In this document: one piece after another, positions 44,375 to 51,635 of the stretch | Layout: each line of letters starts with the position of its first letter | How positions within the stretch are numbered: position 1 is the stretch's first letter | Source of the DNA: an uncultured Oscillospiraceae bacterium | Lineage (GTDB): Bacteria > Bacillota > Clostridia > Christensenellales > Aristaeellaceae | Assembly: GCA_964439295.1 (NCBI GenBank) | Contig: CAYTOU010000001.1 | Location: 1-51,635, forward strand | Direction: 5' to 3' | DNA length: 51,635 nucleotides | The notes under the pieces: model-generated | What the model saw: only the letters and a program-made list of their open reading frames with translations | What the model was told of the DNA's origin: nothing | Databases searched by the model: none | Made by a program: the position numbers and the translations under genes

Positions 44375-45334
44375 ATGAGAAACATGCTCGTATCCATACT
44401 GCGGCCGCTGCTGGACACGATTTATAGGATAGTGCCTAACTACGGCTGGGCCGTCGTAATTTTCACCGTGTTTATCCGCTTGATTCTTTTGCCGCTGGAC
44501 TTCAAGTCCCGTAGCTCCATGAAGCGCATGAACGATCTAAAGCCCAAGTTGGATGCCCTCAATGAGAAATACGCCAATGACCAGGAAAAGCTGCAGCGTA
44601 AGACCGCCGAGCTTTACCGCAAGGAAAAGATAAATCCCATGAGCGGGTGTCTCCCGCTTCTGATTCAGTTCCCGCTGCTGTTCGGCATGTTGTGGACGAT
44701 GCAGGCAATCGCCTCCGAGCAGATTGTCAGCATGCTTCAGATACTTAAAGACGGCGGCGAACCCGTCATGCAGAGCTGGCTGTGGGTCAAGAACGTATTC
44801 TGCTCCGACACTCTGTTCGCGGCGGTTATTCCGATAAGCCGCGACCTGACCTCGCTGCAGGTTACCGCAAACGTATCCCAGGAGCTCATTGATTCGCTCA
44901 AGGAATTCGTAAATAATCCCACACTGTATAACCCGATAATGGTCAAGTACGGCGCGACCGTCGTGGAGAACATAGGTAACCTTATGCGCGCGGGTACTCT
45001 GCCCAAGTGGGAAATACTGCAGGTGCTCAATAACCCCAACGGTTATTACATACTGCCCGTATTGGCTGCGGCGACCCAGTTCCTGCAGACCAAGATTAAC
45101 CCCGCCGAGACTGCGCAGACCAATGCCACTCCCGGCAAGCCCAACACGATGGGCATGTTCATGAAGTACTTCTTCCCGCTGATGTCGCTGTGGATTTGCT
45201 GCTCGTCCAGCGCAGGTTTCGCCGTATACTGGCTTACCTCCAACGTGATAGCCATTCTGCAGAGCGTGTTCATCAACAAGTACTTCGATATAAAAGAAGC
45301 AAAGGCTAAGGCCGCTCAGGAGAATGTTCAATGA
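44375..45334 (+). CDS. yidC: YidC/Oxa1-family membrane protein insertase
   Basis: 319 aa with the motifs WAVVIFTVFIRLILLPL and GCLPLLIQFPLLFGM. Confidence 0.9.
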   Translation: MRNMLVSILRPLLDTIYRIVPNYGWAVVIFTVFIRLILLPLDFKSRSSMKRMNDLKPKLDALNEKYANDQEKLQRKTAELYRKEKINPMSGCLPLLIQFPLLFGMLWTMQAIASEQIVSMLQILKDGGEPVMQSWLWVKNVFCSDTLFAAVIPISRDLTSLQVTANVSQELIDSLKEFVNNPTLYNPIMVKYGATVVENIGNLMRAGTLPKWEILQVLNNPNGYYILPVLAAATQFLQTKINPAETAQTNATPGKPNTMGMFMKYFFPLMSLWICCSSSAGFAVYWLTSNVIAILQSVFINKYFDIKEAKAKAAQENVQ

Positions 45335-46719
45335 GATCGATAGAAAGTACCGGCAAGACAGTCGAAGAAGCCGTTCAGGCGGGGCTTTCAAAGCTGGGTC
45401 TGGAGCTGTCCGACGTGACGATCTCCGTGGTTGAAGAGGGCAGCAAGGGATTCTTCGGACTGTTCGGAGCCAAACCCGCAAAGGTTCGCATTACCGAGCG
45501 CGACCGTGAAGATGAGATAGATATTTCTCAGATACTGCGTCCGGGTGCGTCCACGCGCGTTTCCACCATTGCGGATAAGCCGCGTCAGCCCAAGCCGCAG
45601 GCTAAACCGGTTCAGGCGCAGCCTAAGCCCGCACAGCCGCAGGCAAAGCCGACTCAGCCGCAGCCTAAGCCCGTGCAAGTGCAAGCGCAAGCAAAACCCC
45701 AGCCTCAGCCAAAGCCCGCGCAGGTGCAACCGCAGGCTCAGGCAAATAAACCTGCTCAGGTGCAAGCTAAACCGGCTCAGGTAAATAAGCCCGCTCAGCC
45801 GCAGGTAAAGCCCAACCAGGCAAACAAGCCCGCTCAGCCGCAGGCTAAACCGGCTCCGGCAAATAAGCCCGCTCAGTCGCAAAGCAAACCCGCGCAGCCC
45901 CAGGCTAATAAGCCCGCCGATGCGCAAAGCAAGCCCGCACAGCCCAAGCCCCAGCGCCCGGCGCGCCCGCAGCAGCCGCGCACAGAGGTCGTCCGTCCCA
46001 CGATACCGTCCGGTCCCCTGCCCGATCAGGATCCCGCGACGCTAAGCGATGCCGGACGCGCGGCGTATGAATACCTTGACAAACTGACCCGCCTTATGGG
46101 CGTGCCGGTCAAGATATATGTCGCCGAGGGTGAAGGCAGCATGTCGATAAGCATGATGGGCGACACGTTGGGCATACTGATTGGACGCCGCGGCGACACG
46201 CTGGACGCACTGCAGTACCTGACTTCACTCGAGGTCAACCGCAATCGCGACGAGTACATACGCGTATCGCTGGACACCGAGCATTATCGCGCCAAGCGCG
46301 AAGAGTCGCTGAACAAGCTCGCAATGCGCATGGCCGAGCGCGCCGTCAAGAGCGGACGCAAGGTAGTGCTTGAGCCCATGAACCCCTACGAGCGCCGCGT
46401 GCTTCACGCAACGCTGCAGGATCATCCGTATGTTCAAACTCATTCCGAGGGCGATGAGCCTAACCGCCGCGTGGTAATAACGCTAAAAGGCGATGCCGCC
46501 AATGCAAGTGGCGATGCCAATGCGCGTCCCGCAAAGCGCGGACCGCGCCCGGAGCGCCGCGATCAGAAGCAGGGCGAACGCCGCGACAACCGCGCACCCA
46601 AGGCCGATAAGCCGCAGAAGGTTCGCGCGCCGCGTCCCGAAAGCGATAAGCCCGCCTCCCCCACCGATGTGCCCATGGCGCACGATGTGCCCGAGGATCC
46701 CACCGACGATACAATTTGA
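45331..46719 (+). CDS. jag: Jag/KhpB-type RNA-binding protein (Jag_N + KH + R3H) with a large low-complexity insertion
   Basis: Jag_N at the N-terminus (GKTVEEAVQAGLSKLGL). R3H region (LEPMNPYERRVLHATLQ). ~135-aa KPAQ-rich insert and a basic C-terminal tail. 462 aa in total. Confidence 0.85.
   Translation: MRSIESTGKTVEEAVQAGLSKLGLELSDVTISVVEEGSKGFFGLFGAKPAKVRITERDREDEIDISQILRPGASTRVSTIADKPRQPKPQAKPVQAQPKPAQPQAKPTQPQPKPVQVQAQAKPQPQPKPAQVQPQAQANKPAQVQAKPAQVNKPAQPQVKPNQANKPAQPQAKPAPANKPAQSQSKPAQPQANKPADAQSKPAQPKPQRPARPQQPRTEVVRPTIPSGPLPDQDPATLSDAGRAAYEYLDKLTRLMGVPVKIYVAEGEGSMSISMMGDTLGILIGRRGDTLDALQYLTSLEVNRNRDEYIRVSLDTEHYRAKREESLNKLAMRMAERAVKSGRKVVLEPMNPYERRVLHATLQDHPYVQTHSEGDEPNRRVVITLKGDAANASGDANARPAKRGPRPERRDQKQGERRDNRAPKADKPQKVRAPRPESDKPASPTDVPMAHDVPEDPTDDTI
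45577..45978 (+). repeat. Imperfect in-frame tandem repeats encoding a (K/N)KPAQ(P/V)Q-type tract inside jag
   Basis: Recurrent AAGCCCGCTCAGCCGCAGG-type units at the DNA level. The protein tract is almost exclusively K, P, A, Q, V and N. Confidence 0.85.
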
Positions 46720-46730
46720 TTTCTTTTAGA

Positions 46731-46761
46731 GGGCTGTCTTATGAAAAGGCAGTCCTTTTTT
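46731..46761 (+). terminator. Intrinsic terminator after jag
   Basis: GGGCUGUC / GGCAGUCC form an 8-bp stem (two G-U pairs) with a 9-nt loop, followed by U6. Confidence 0.7.
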
Positions 46762-46802
46762 GATGTAGGCAAATGCGAAACGAAGGGAAGCGTTTTTGAC
46801 AT

Positions 46803-47603
46803 ATGAAAATGGCTAACTACCATACCCATACGGCGCGATGCAAGCACGCGATCAATACCGATGAAGAGTACGTACTGGCGGCAATCGAGGCCGGATACGA
46901 TTGCCTGGGCTTTGCCGACCACACGCCGTGGCCGTACGAGGACGGCTTTGTAAGCGGCGTGCGCATGGATGTCGCGCAACTGGACGAGTACATTGCATCC
47001 ATACGCGGGCTTAAGGAAAAGTATAGCGGCAAAATCGACATACGCGTGGGACTGGAATGCGAGTACTATCCGGCGTATCTGGATTGGCTGGAAAAGACGA
47101 CCGAGCAAAAGCACATACAGTATCTGATACTGGGCAGCCACCATAACCTGACCGACAACGGCGGCTTCTACTTCGGCGCATCGACCGAACCCGAGCATAT
47201 ACGACTGTATACACAGCGCACTGTCGCCGCTATGCGCACCGGCATGTTTGCATACCTTGCGCATCCGGATCTGGTAATGCGCGGCTATCCGGTATTCGAC
47301 TCGGCTTGCCGCGATATGGCGTATGAACTATGCCAAACGGCGAACGAAATGCATATGCCGCTTGAGTACAACCTGATGGGCAACGAGTACAAGAAGCAGA
47401 AGAATTCGCCATGGAAGGGCGCGGGCTATCCCGACGATCACTTCTGGCAGATTGCCGCCGAGATGAAGTGCACCGCGATAATCGGTCTGGATTCGCATAA
47501 GGCCGAGCATGTGCGCCACGGCGAGGACTATCACGCGGCGGAAAAGTATCTGGACAATTTGGGCATTAATCGCGTATCGGAAATACCCATGCGCTGCGAT
47601 TAA
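46803..47603 (+). CDS. PHP-domain histidinol-phosphatase (HisJ family)
   Basis: N-terminal YHTHTARCKHA, FADHTP, and further His/Asp motifs typical of HisJ/PHP. The start may be the ATG at 46809. Confidence 0.8.
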   Translation: MKMANYHTHTARCKHAINTDEEYVLAAIEAGYDCLGFADHTPWPYEDGFVSGVRMDVAQLDEYIASIRGLKEKYSGKIDIRVGLECEYYPAYLDWLEKTTEQKHIQYLILGSHHNLTDNGGFYFGASTEPEHIRLYTQRTVAAMRTGMFAYLAHPDLVMRGYPVFDSACRDMAYELCQTANEMHMPLEYNLMGNEYKKQKNSPWKGAGYPDDHFWQIAAEMKCTAIIGLDSHKAEHVRHGEDYHAAEKYLDNLGINRVSEIPMRCD

Positions 47604-47610
47604 AGCTTTA

Positions 47611-47663
47611 AAAAATAAAGCGCGCGGAGAAGAGTTTTTTATGCCCTTCCCCGCGCATTTTTA
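47611..47663. terminator. Bidirectional terminator between convergent PHP and GH2 genes
   Basis: GCGCGGAGAAG / CTTCCCCGCGC pair at 10 of 11 positions. A-rich sequence on the left and T5 on the right. Confidence 0.6.
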
Positions 47664-47669
47664 TGTCGC

Positions 47670-50084
47670 TTACTTGGTTTCGATATTCAGTATGGCTGCC
47701 GGCAGTCCGTTTGCGGTTACAGCCAGCTCGATATTGCCCGCGGCGCGTCCTGCGCGTACGGCGATAAGCGCATAGCCGTCAAACGTCTTTCTCCTGCCCG
47801 TGCCGTAGTTTTCGGTGGTGCAGGGATTGCCCGAGCCGAAGCCCGCCAGCGTGCCCGCGCCCGATACGGATGCGTTCAGCTCGATTGGCGCATTGGCGAC
47901 GGTCAGACCATCGGCGTCGACCAGTCTTGCCTTTACAAAGCACAGATCCATGCCGTCGGCGTTGATGATGGGTCTGTCGGCGATGAGCTCTATGCGCTCT
48001 ACCTTGCCCGCGGTCTTTAGAGCCGTGCGCGCAACCTCTACGCCGCCCTTAATCGCAACGGCTTCAACCGTGCCGGGCTCGTAGTTGACTGTCGCGAACG
48101 CCTTGAGCTTTTCCACAGCCGCGCTTGCCTTCTTTACGCCGTTTACGTAGAAGTCAACGCTGTCGCAGTCGGCATATGCCTCCAGCTGTACGGGCTCGCC
48201 TATGTAGCGCGCGTCGAACGTCCAGTTCTGCTTTACATCGGCCCAATGCCAGCCCATGCCGTAGTACTTGACGCCTGTATGCTCGGGATCGGTCGTGAAC
48301 AGATGTATGCCGTCATCCAGACCCCAGAGTATCTTGCGGTAGTAACTCTGCGGGCGGCGATTGCCATCCAGGTCCATATCGCCCTGATAGCAGCTCAGCC
48401 ACGGATACTGACCCATCAGTCCGTCCAGCGGCTCATTGAGATCCCATATTACGCGACCTGCGCCCGCCTCGCCCAGGTTGTCGTACGCGGTCCATATGAA
48501 GTCGCCTATAACGTTGCTGTTGGCTTCAACTGCCTTCCAGTAGTCGTATGTGGTGTAGGAATGCGTTTCGGTCGCCTGTATAATGCGCTTGGGGAAGGTT
48601 ATGCGGTCGCCCTCGTACCTATCCCACATGTAGTTGTAACCCACTATGTCCAGCGCATCGGCGGCACCGGCGGTCTGCTCCGCCCACAGGTCGTGACCGT
48701 TTACGATGCGGGGCTGCATGAGCAAGCCTTCCTCCATCATCTTCTTGCGATCCATGCGCGGGCGCGGCTTGCCGGTCATAGCCTCGACGGGCATATCAAC
48801 GCCGCCGTGTATTGCGGAAGTGATAGGACGCGTGGGATCCAGCGAGCGCACGAAGTCCGCCTGAACATGTGCCCAGTATACGCCATCGGACTTACCGGTT
48901 ATCTCGGGTATCTCGTTACCTATCGACCAGCAGTATACCGACGGATGGTTGCGGTCGCGCTTTACCATGCTGGCGGTATCGAACTGCCACCAATCCTTGA
49001 AGTACAGATGGTAGTCCAGAGTGTTCTTGCCCATGTTCCACATGTCGAACGACTCATCCAGCACAAGCATGCCCAGTCGGTCGCACACGTCCAGCATGGC
49101 GGTAGAAGGCGGATTATGCGCGCAGCGAATGGCGTTGTAGCCCGCTTCCTTGAGTATCTCTATCTTGCGCTCCTCGGCGCGCGGATATGCGCACGAACCC
49201 AATAGTGTATTGTCGTGATGTATGCAGCCGCCGCGCAGCTTTATGGGCTTGCCGTTTAGGCGCATGCCGTTATCGAAATCGATTTCGATCTTGCGTATGC
49301 CGATGTTGGTTTCATATACATCGGTGGTTTCGCCGCCGACAATTGTTTCGGCCTTGAGCAAATACAGCTTGGGATCGTCTACGTCCCACAGCTTGGGGCT
49401 GTTGACTATCAGGTCGGCCTCGATTGCCGTGTCGCCCTTAGCCGCGAGTTCCTTGTCCAGTACGATTTCGGCCGCCTTGCATCCGCACGGTGCGGTCAGG
49501 GTAAGCTTAATCTGCGCCGCGCAGGCTTCGCCGTCGTTGGTCACGTTGGCGGCTACATGCACGGTTGCGCTTTCCTTTGTGATATCGGGCGTAGTCGCGA
49601 ACAGCTCCCACGGGGCAATGCGCACGCTGCCGCCGATGTACATGGACACATCGCGGAACAGACCGCCGCCGCTATACCAGCGGGTGTTGGGCTGATACGA
49701 CTCGGTCGAAATCTGCAGCATGTTGGGTATTTCGCCTTGGCGCAGCTTGTCGGTTATATCCACCATGAACGCGGTATAGCCGTAGGGATGATGGAACAGC
49801 TGATCGTTATTTACGGTAACCTCGGCGTTCATGTAAGCGCCGTCCACATAGAGCAGCACTTTTTTGCCCTTCCACTCGTCGGGCGTAACGAACGATTTAC
49901 GATAAGTGGCCTCGCCGCCGGGTATAAAGCCGGTCGCCGCGCCGCCCACGGCGGTCGCACTGCGGGGCTTATTTAGGCAAAAGTCATCGGGCAGGTTGAC
50001 CGGAGTCATGTCCTCTTCGTCGGCGAACCAACGGGGTCTGCCGTCTATACGGTTCCAGTCGAAATTAAAAGGTACCTTAAACAT
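47670..50084 (-). CDS. Glycoside hydrolase family 2 (beta-galactosidase/glucuronidase-like)
   Basis: 804 aa with NHPSVYCWSIGNE (acid/base Glu context). N-terminal sugar-binding and Ig-like domains inferred from length and layout. Confidence 0.88.
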   Translation of the reverse strand: MFKVPFNFDWNRIDGRPRWFADEEDMTPVNLPDDFCLNKPRSATAVGGAATGFIPGGEATYRKSFVTPDEWKGKKVLLYVDGAYMNAEVTVNNDQLFHHPYGYTAFMVDITDKLRQGEIPNMLQISTESYQPNTRWYSGGGLFRDVSMYIGGSVRIAPWELFATTPDITKESATVHVAANVTNDGEACAAQIKLTLTAPCGCKAAEIVLDKELAAKGDTAIEADLIVNSPKLWDVDDPKLYLLKAETIVGGETTDVYETNIGIRKIEIDFDNGMRLNGKPIKLRGGCIHHDNTLLGSCAYPRAEERKIEILKEAGYNAIRCAHNPPSTAMLDVCDRLGMLVLDESFDMWNMGKNTLDYHLYFKDWWQFDTASMVKRDRNHPSVYCWSIGNEIPEITGKSDGVYWAHVQADFVRSLDPTRPITSAIHGGVDMPVEAMTGKPRPRMDRKKMMEEGLLMQPRIVNGHDLWAEQTAGAADALDIVGYNYMWDRYEGDRITFPKRIIQATETHSYTTYDYWKAVEANSNVIGDFIWTAYDNLGEAGAGRVIWDLNEPLDGLMGQYPWLSCYQGDMDLDGNRRPQSYYRKILWGLDDGIHLFTTDPEHTGVKYYGMGWHWADVKQNWTFDARYIGEPVQLEAYADCDSVDFYVNGVKKASAAVEKLKAFATVNYEPGTVEAVAIKGGVEVARTALKTAGKVERIELIADRPIINADGMDLCFVKARLVDADGLTVANAPIELNASVSGAGTLAGFGSGNPCTTENYGTGRRKTFDGYALIAVRAGRAAGNIELAVTANGLPAAILNIETK

Positions 50085-50126
50085 GTTCTATCCTCCTCCA
50101 TTTTAGTCATATTTACCTTAGCATTT

Positions 50127-50155
50127 ATTCTAATTTAATTCGGTGTTTTTGTCAA
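50127..50155 (-). promoter_or_regulatory. Putative sigma-A promoter of the GH2 gene
   Basis: On the minus strand: TTGACA (50150-50155), 17-nt spacer, TAGAAT (50127-50132). Confidence 0.55.
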
Positions 50156-50195
50156 CTTATAAAAATCTTCATCAATTTGAAGAGCAGATTTACGG

Positions 50196-50225
50196 TTGAC
50201 CGCTCAAGTAGCCGCGTGATACAAT
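50196..50225 (+). promoter_or_regulatory. Putative promoter of the zinc-ribbon protein gene
   Basis: TTGACC (50196-50201), 18-nt spacer, TG-extended TACAAT (50220-50225). Confidence 0.5.
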
Positions 50226-50258
50226 GATTGTGTTATCGACTTAAAAAAGAGGTACACG

Positions 50259-51062
50259 ATGAAGATTAAATGCGAATTCTGCGGCGGATTCATATCCGAT
50301 ACCGATGAAAAATGCCCCAATTGCGGCGCGCCCAACTCACATCTGGTGCGCGCGGCAGAAGGCATACCGCACACTGTGGAAGAGCTGAAGGCGTTTTGCG
50401 AAAAGCACAATATGCCGCTTGAGCGCATGCGCTTCTATATCGGCGAAGACTTCCGCGAGCCCAAGGCATTCGGCATATATAAGGACGAAAACGGCGACTT
50501 TATCGTATACAAGAACAAGGCGGACGGCTCGCGCGCGATACGCTATCGCGGCAAGGACGAGGCGTACGCGGTGAACGAACTGTACCAGAAGCTCAAAAGC
50601 GAGGTTCAGCAGCGCAAGGAAAAGAGCACCGAGCAGAAAGCCGCCACTCCCCCGCCGAAAAAGCGCGGCGGCTGCCTAAACCGCAGCACGCTTATCGTCA
50701 TACTCATTGTACTGGGCATAATACTGATAAGCCTGCTTAGCTTAGCGTCCAAGCCCCACCGCGGGTACTACAGCTATGGTGGCGATTACTACTATTATCA
50801 AGGCGACGATTGGTACTACTACGACTATGCGCTGGACGAATGGGAATACGCGGACAGCGTGGATAGCACGCTCAGTAGCGGCTATAACGACTACTATGTA
50901 GGCGACGAGTACGACAGCGACACCGACATCGATTCGTTTGAAACCAGCGACTACTACGAGGAGTCGGACAGCAGCTGGAACAGCGACTGGGATTCCGGCG
51001 ATTGGGACAGCGACTACGACAGTTGGGATTCAAGCGACACCGACTGGAGTAGCGATTGGTAA
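50259..51062 (+). CDS. Zinc-ribbon membrane protein with acidic/aromatic low-complexity C-terminal tail
   Basis: 267 aa. N-terminal CEFCG...CPNCG, one TM helix (LIVILIVLGIILISLLSLA), then a ~110-aa D/S/Y/W-rich tail. No family recognised. Confidence 0.6.
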   Translation: MKIKCEFCGGFISDTDEKCPNCGAPNSHLVRAAEGIPHTVEELKAFCEKHNMPLERMRFYIGEDFREPKAFGIYKDENGDFIVYKNKADGSRAIRYRGKDEAYAVNELYQKLKSEVQQRKEKSTEQKAATPPPKKRGGCLNRSTLIVILIVLGIILISLLSLASKPHRGYYSYGGDYYYYQGDDWYYYDYALDEWEYADSVDSTLSSGYNDYYVGDEYDSDTDIDSFETSDYYEESDSSWNSDWDSGDWDSDYDSWDSSDTDWSSDW

Positions 51063-51075
51063 ATTGAATAGCAAA

Positions 51076-51110
51076 GGCGGCACGCTTTGTTTAGAGCGCG
51101 CCGCTTTTTT
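51076..51110. terminator. Intrinsic terminator between convergent genes
   Basis: The stem combines GCGGC/GCCGC and CGCT/AGCG with one mismatch, followed by T6. A-rich on the left side. Confidence 0.65.
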
Positions 51111-51118
51111 GTATGCGT

Positions 51119-51427
51119 TTATTTGAGCAGGCGGTTTATAATGCCCAGCAGCATCAGCATGTCCTCTTCGCTGAGCTGTTTCATACCGGCGACCGCCTTT
51201 TGAATGAGTTCGGGGTTTTGAGTGCCCTCGTCAAAGAACTGTTGAGGTGTCAAGTCGAAGTAATCGCATATGGCAAAGAATTCCTTCATGGGCGGCGTGG
51301 CCTTGCCCGACGATATGTTATGGACGTAGCCGCGGCTGTGCCCCAGATCGTAGCTCATCTTGTATTCGGATACGCCCTTGCGTATGCGCAGCTGAGTAAT
51401 CCTATCCTGCACGAACCGCTCATCCAT
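51119..51427 (-). CDS. XRE-family helix-turn-helix transcriptional regulator
   Basis: 102 aa. N-terminal HTH_XRE pattern (ITQLRIRKGVSEYKMSYDLGHSRGYVHNISSGKATPPMKEFFAICDYFDLTPQQFF). Confidence 0.85.
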   Translation of the reverse strand: MDERFVQDRITQLRIRKGVSEYKMSYDLGHSRGYVHNISSGKATPPMKEFFAICDYFDLTPQQFFDEGTQNPELIQKAVAGMKQLSEEDMLMLLGIINRLLK

Positions 51428-51500
51428 GACCGCTCACCCCTTTTGTATAATGATAGCGGCTTTTCGATGGCAGATAAGCAAATATTCTTTGTCATATGGG

Positions 51501-51529
51501 TTGATAAAGCTAGAAATATATGCTATAAT
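51501..51529 (+). promoter_or_regulatory. Strong putative promoter divergent from the XRE gene
   Basis: TTGATA (51501-51506), 17-nt spacer, extended -10 TGCTATAAT (51521-51529). It points out of the window. Confidence 0.55.
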
Positions 51530-51635
51530 TGCGGCAATGACATATTTCTCACTTATTTAGACGGTTTTGGGTATCATTTTGGGGCATGGAAGTCGGTTAG
51601 GTTTTTATGGATTCGAGGTGGTGGTTGGTAGTTTA

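Noticed and set aside
1-51635. Defence systems (restriction-modification, CBASS, retron, toxin-antitoxin, Abi and similar), tRNA or rRNA genes, transposases
   Set aside because: I recognised no diagnostic motifs for any of these in any ORF. No tRNA-like T-arm or acceptor pattern turned up in the intergenic regions. The only nuclease-helicase (37672-40011) is solitary.

Overview
GC-rich chromosomal segment with Clostridia/Firmicutes-type gene content; all family assignments are by eye from the translations, and no searches were run. About 44 protein genes. From 215 to 40011 nearly all are on the minus strand, and from 40168 to 47603 all are on the plus strand.

The content is mostly core housekeeping:
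- mutS-mutL-miaA plus a YnbB-like PLP enzyme
- a tight block of B12-type radical SAM (TIGR03960-like), DUF2344/TIGR03936-like partner, RNase G, MiaB and a YmcA/YlbF-like protein
- rplU-prp-rpmA
- nrdD and nrdG, split by an M18 aminopeptidase gene
- cimA
- rpmH-rnpA-yidD-yidC-jag

Accessory genes are interspersed: three MATE exporters, a MarR regulator, DUF2207, galT, an esterase, GH2, manA, mscL and a ComEA-like protein. I found no rRNA, tRNA, CRISPR array, transposase or recognisable defence genes.

The parts the gene list does not explain:
1. A MITE-like palindromic element at 45-227 built from GTTAGC heptamer arrays. It supplies the stop codon of the adjacent gene.
2. A related element end at 32084-32099 that terminates a MATE gene the same way.
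3. A 668-bp gene-free, hairpin-dense interval (31423-32090) containing paralogous hairpins with compensatory stem changes. It is a candidate structured RNA or REP-like cluster.
4. The conserved but functionally unassigned radical SAM pair coupled to RNase G and MiaB.
5. Three DnaA-box-consensus sites inside the mutL linker.
6. A RecB-like-nuclease/XPD-DinG-like helicase fusion.
7. A strongly expanded Jag/KhpB.
8. An rpmH cluster with no dnaA or oriC, next to a strand-bias switch.
9. An XRE repressor with a divergent promoter at the right edge, possibly the start of a mobile element.

Promoter and terminator calls come from consensus hexamers and hairpins read directly from the sequence. None is experimentally supported.
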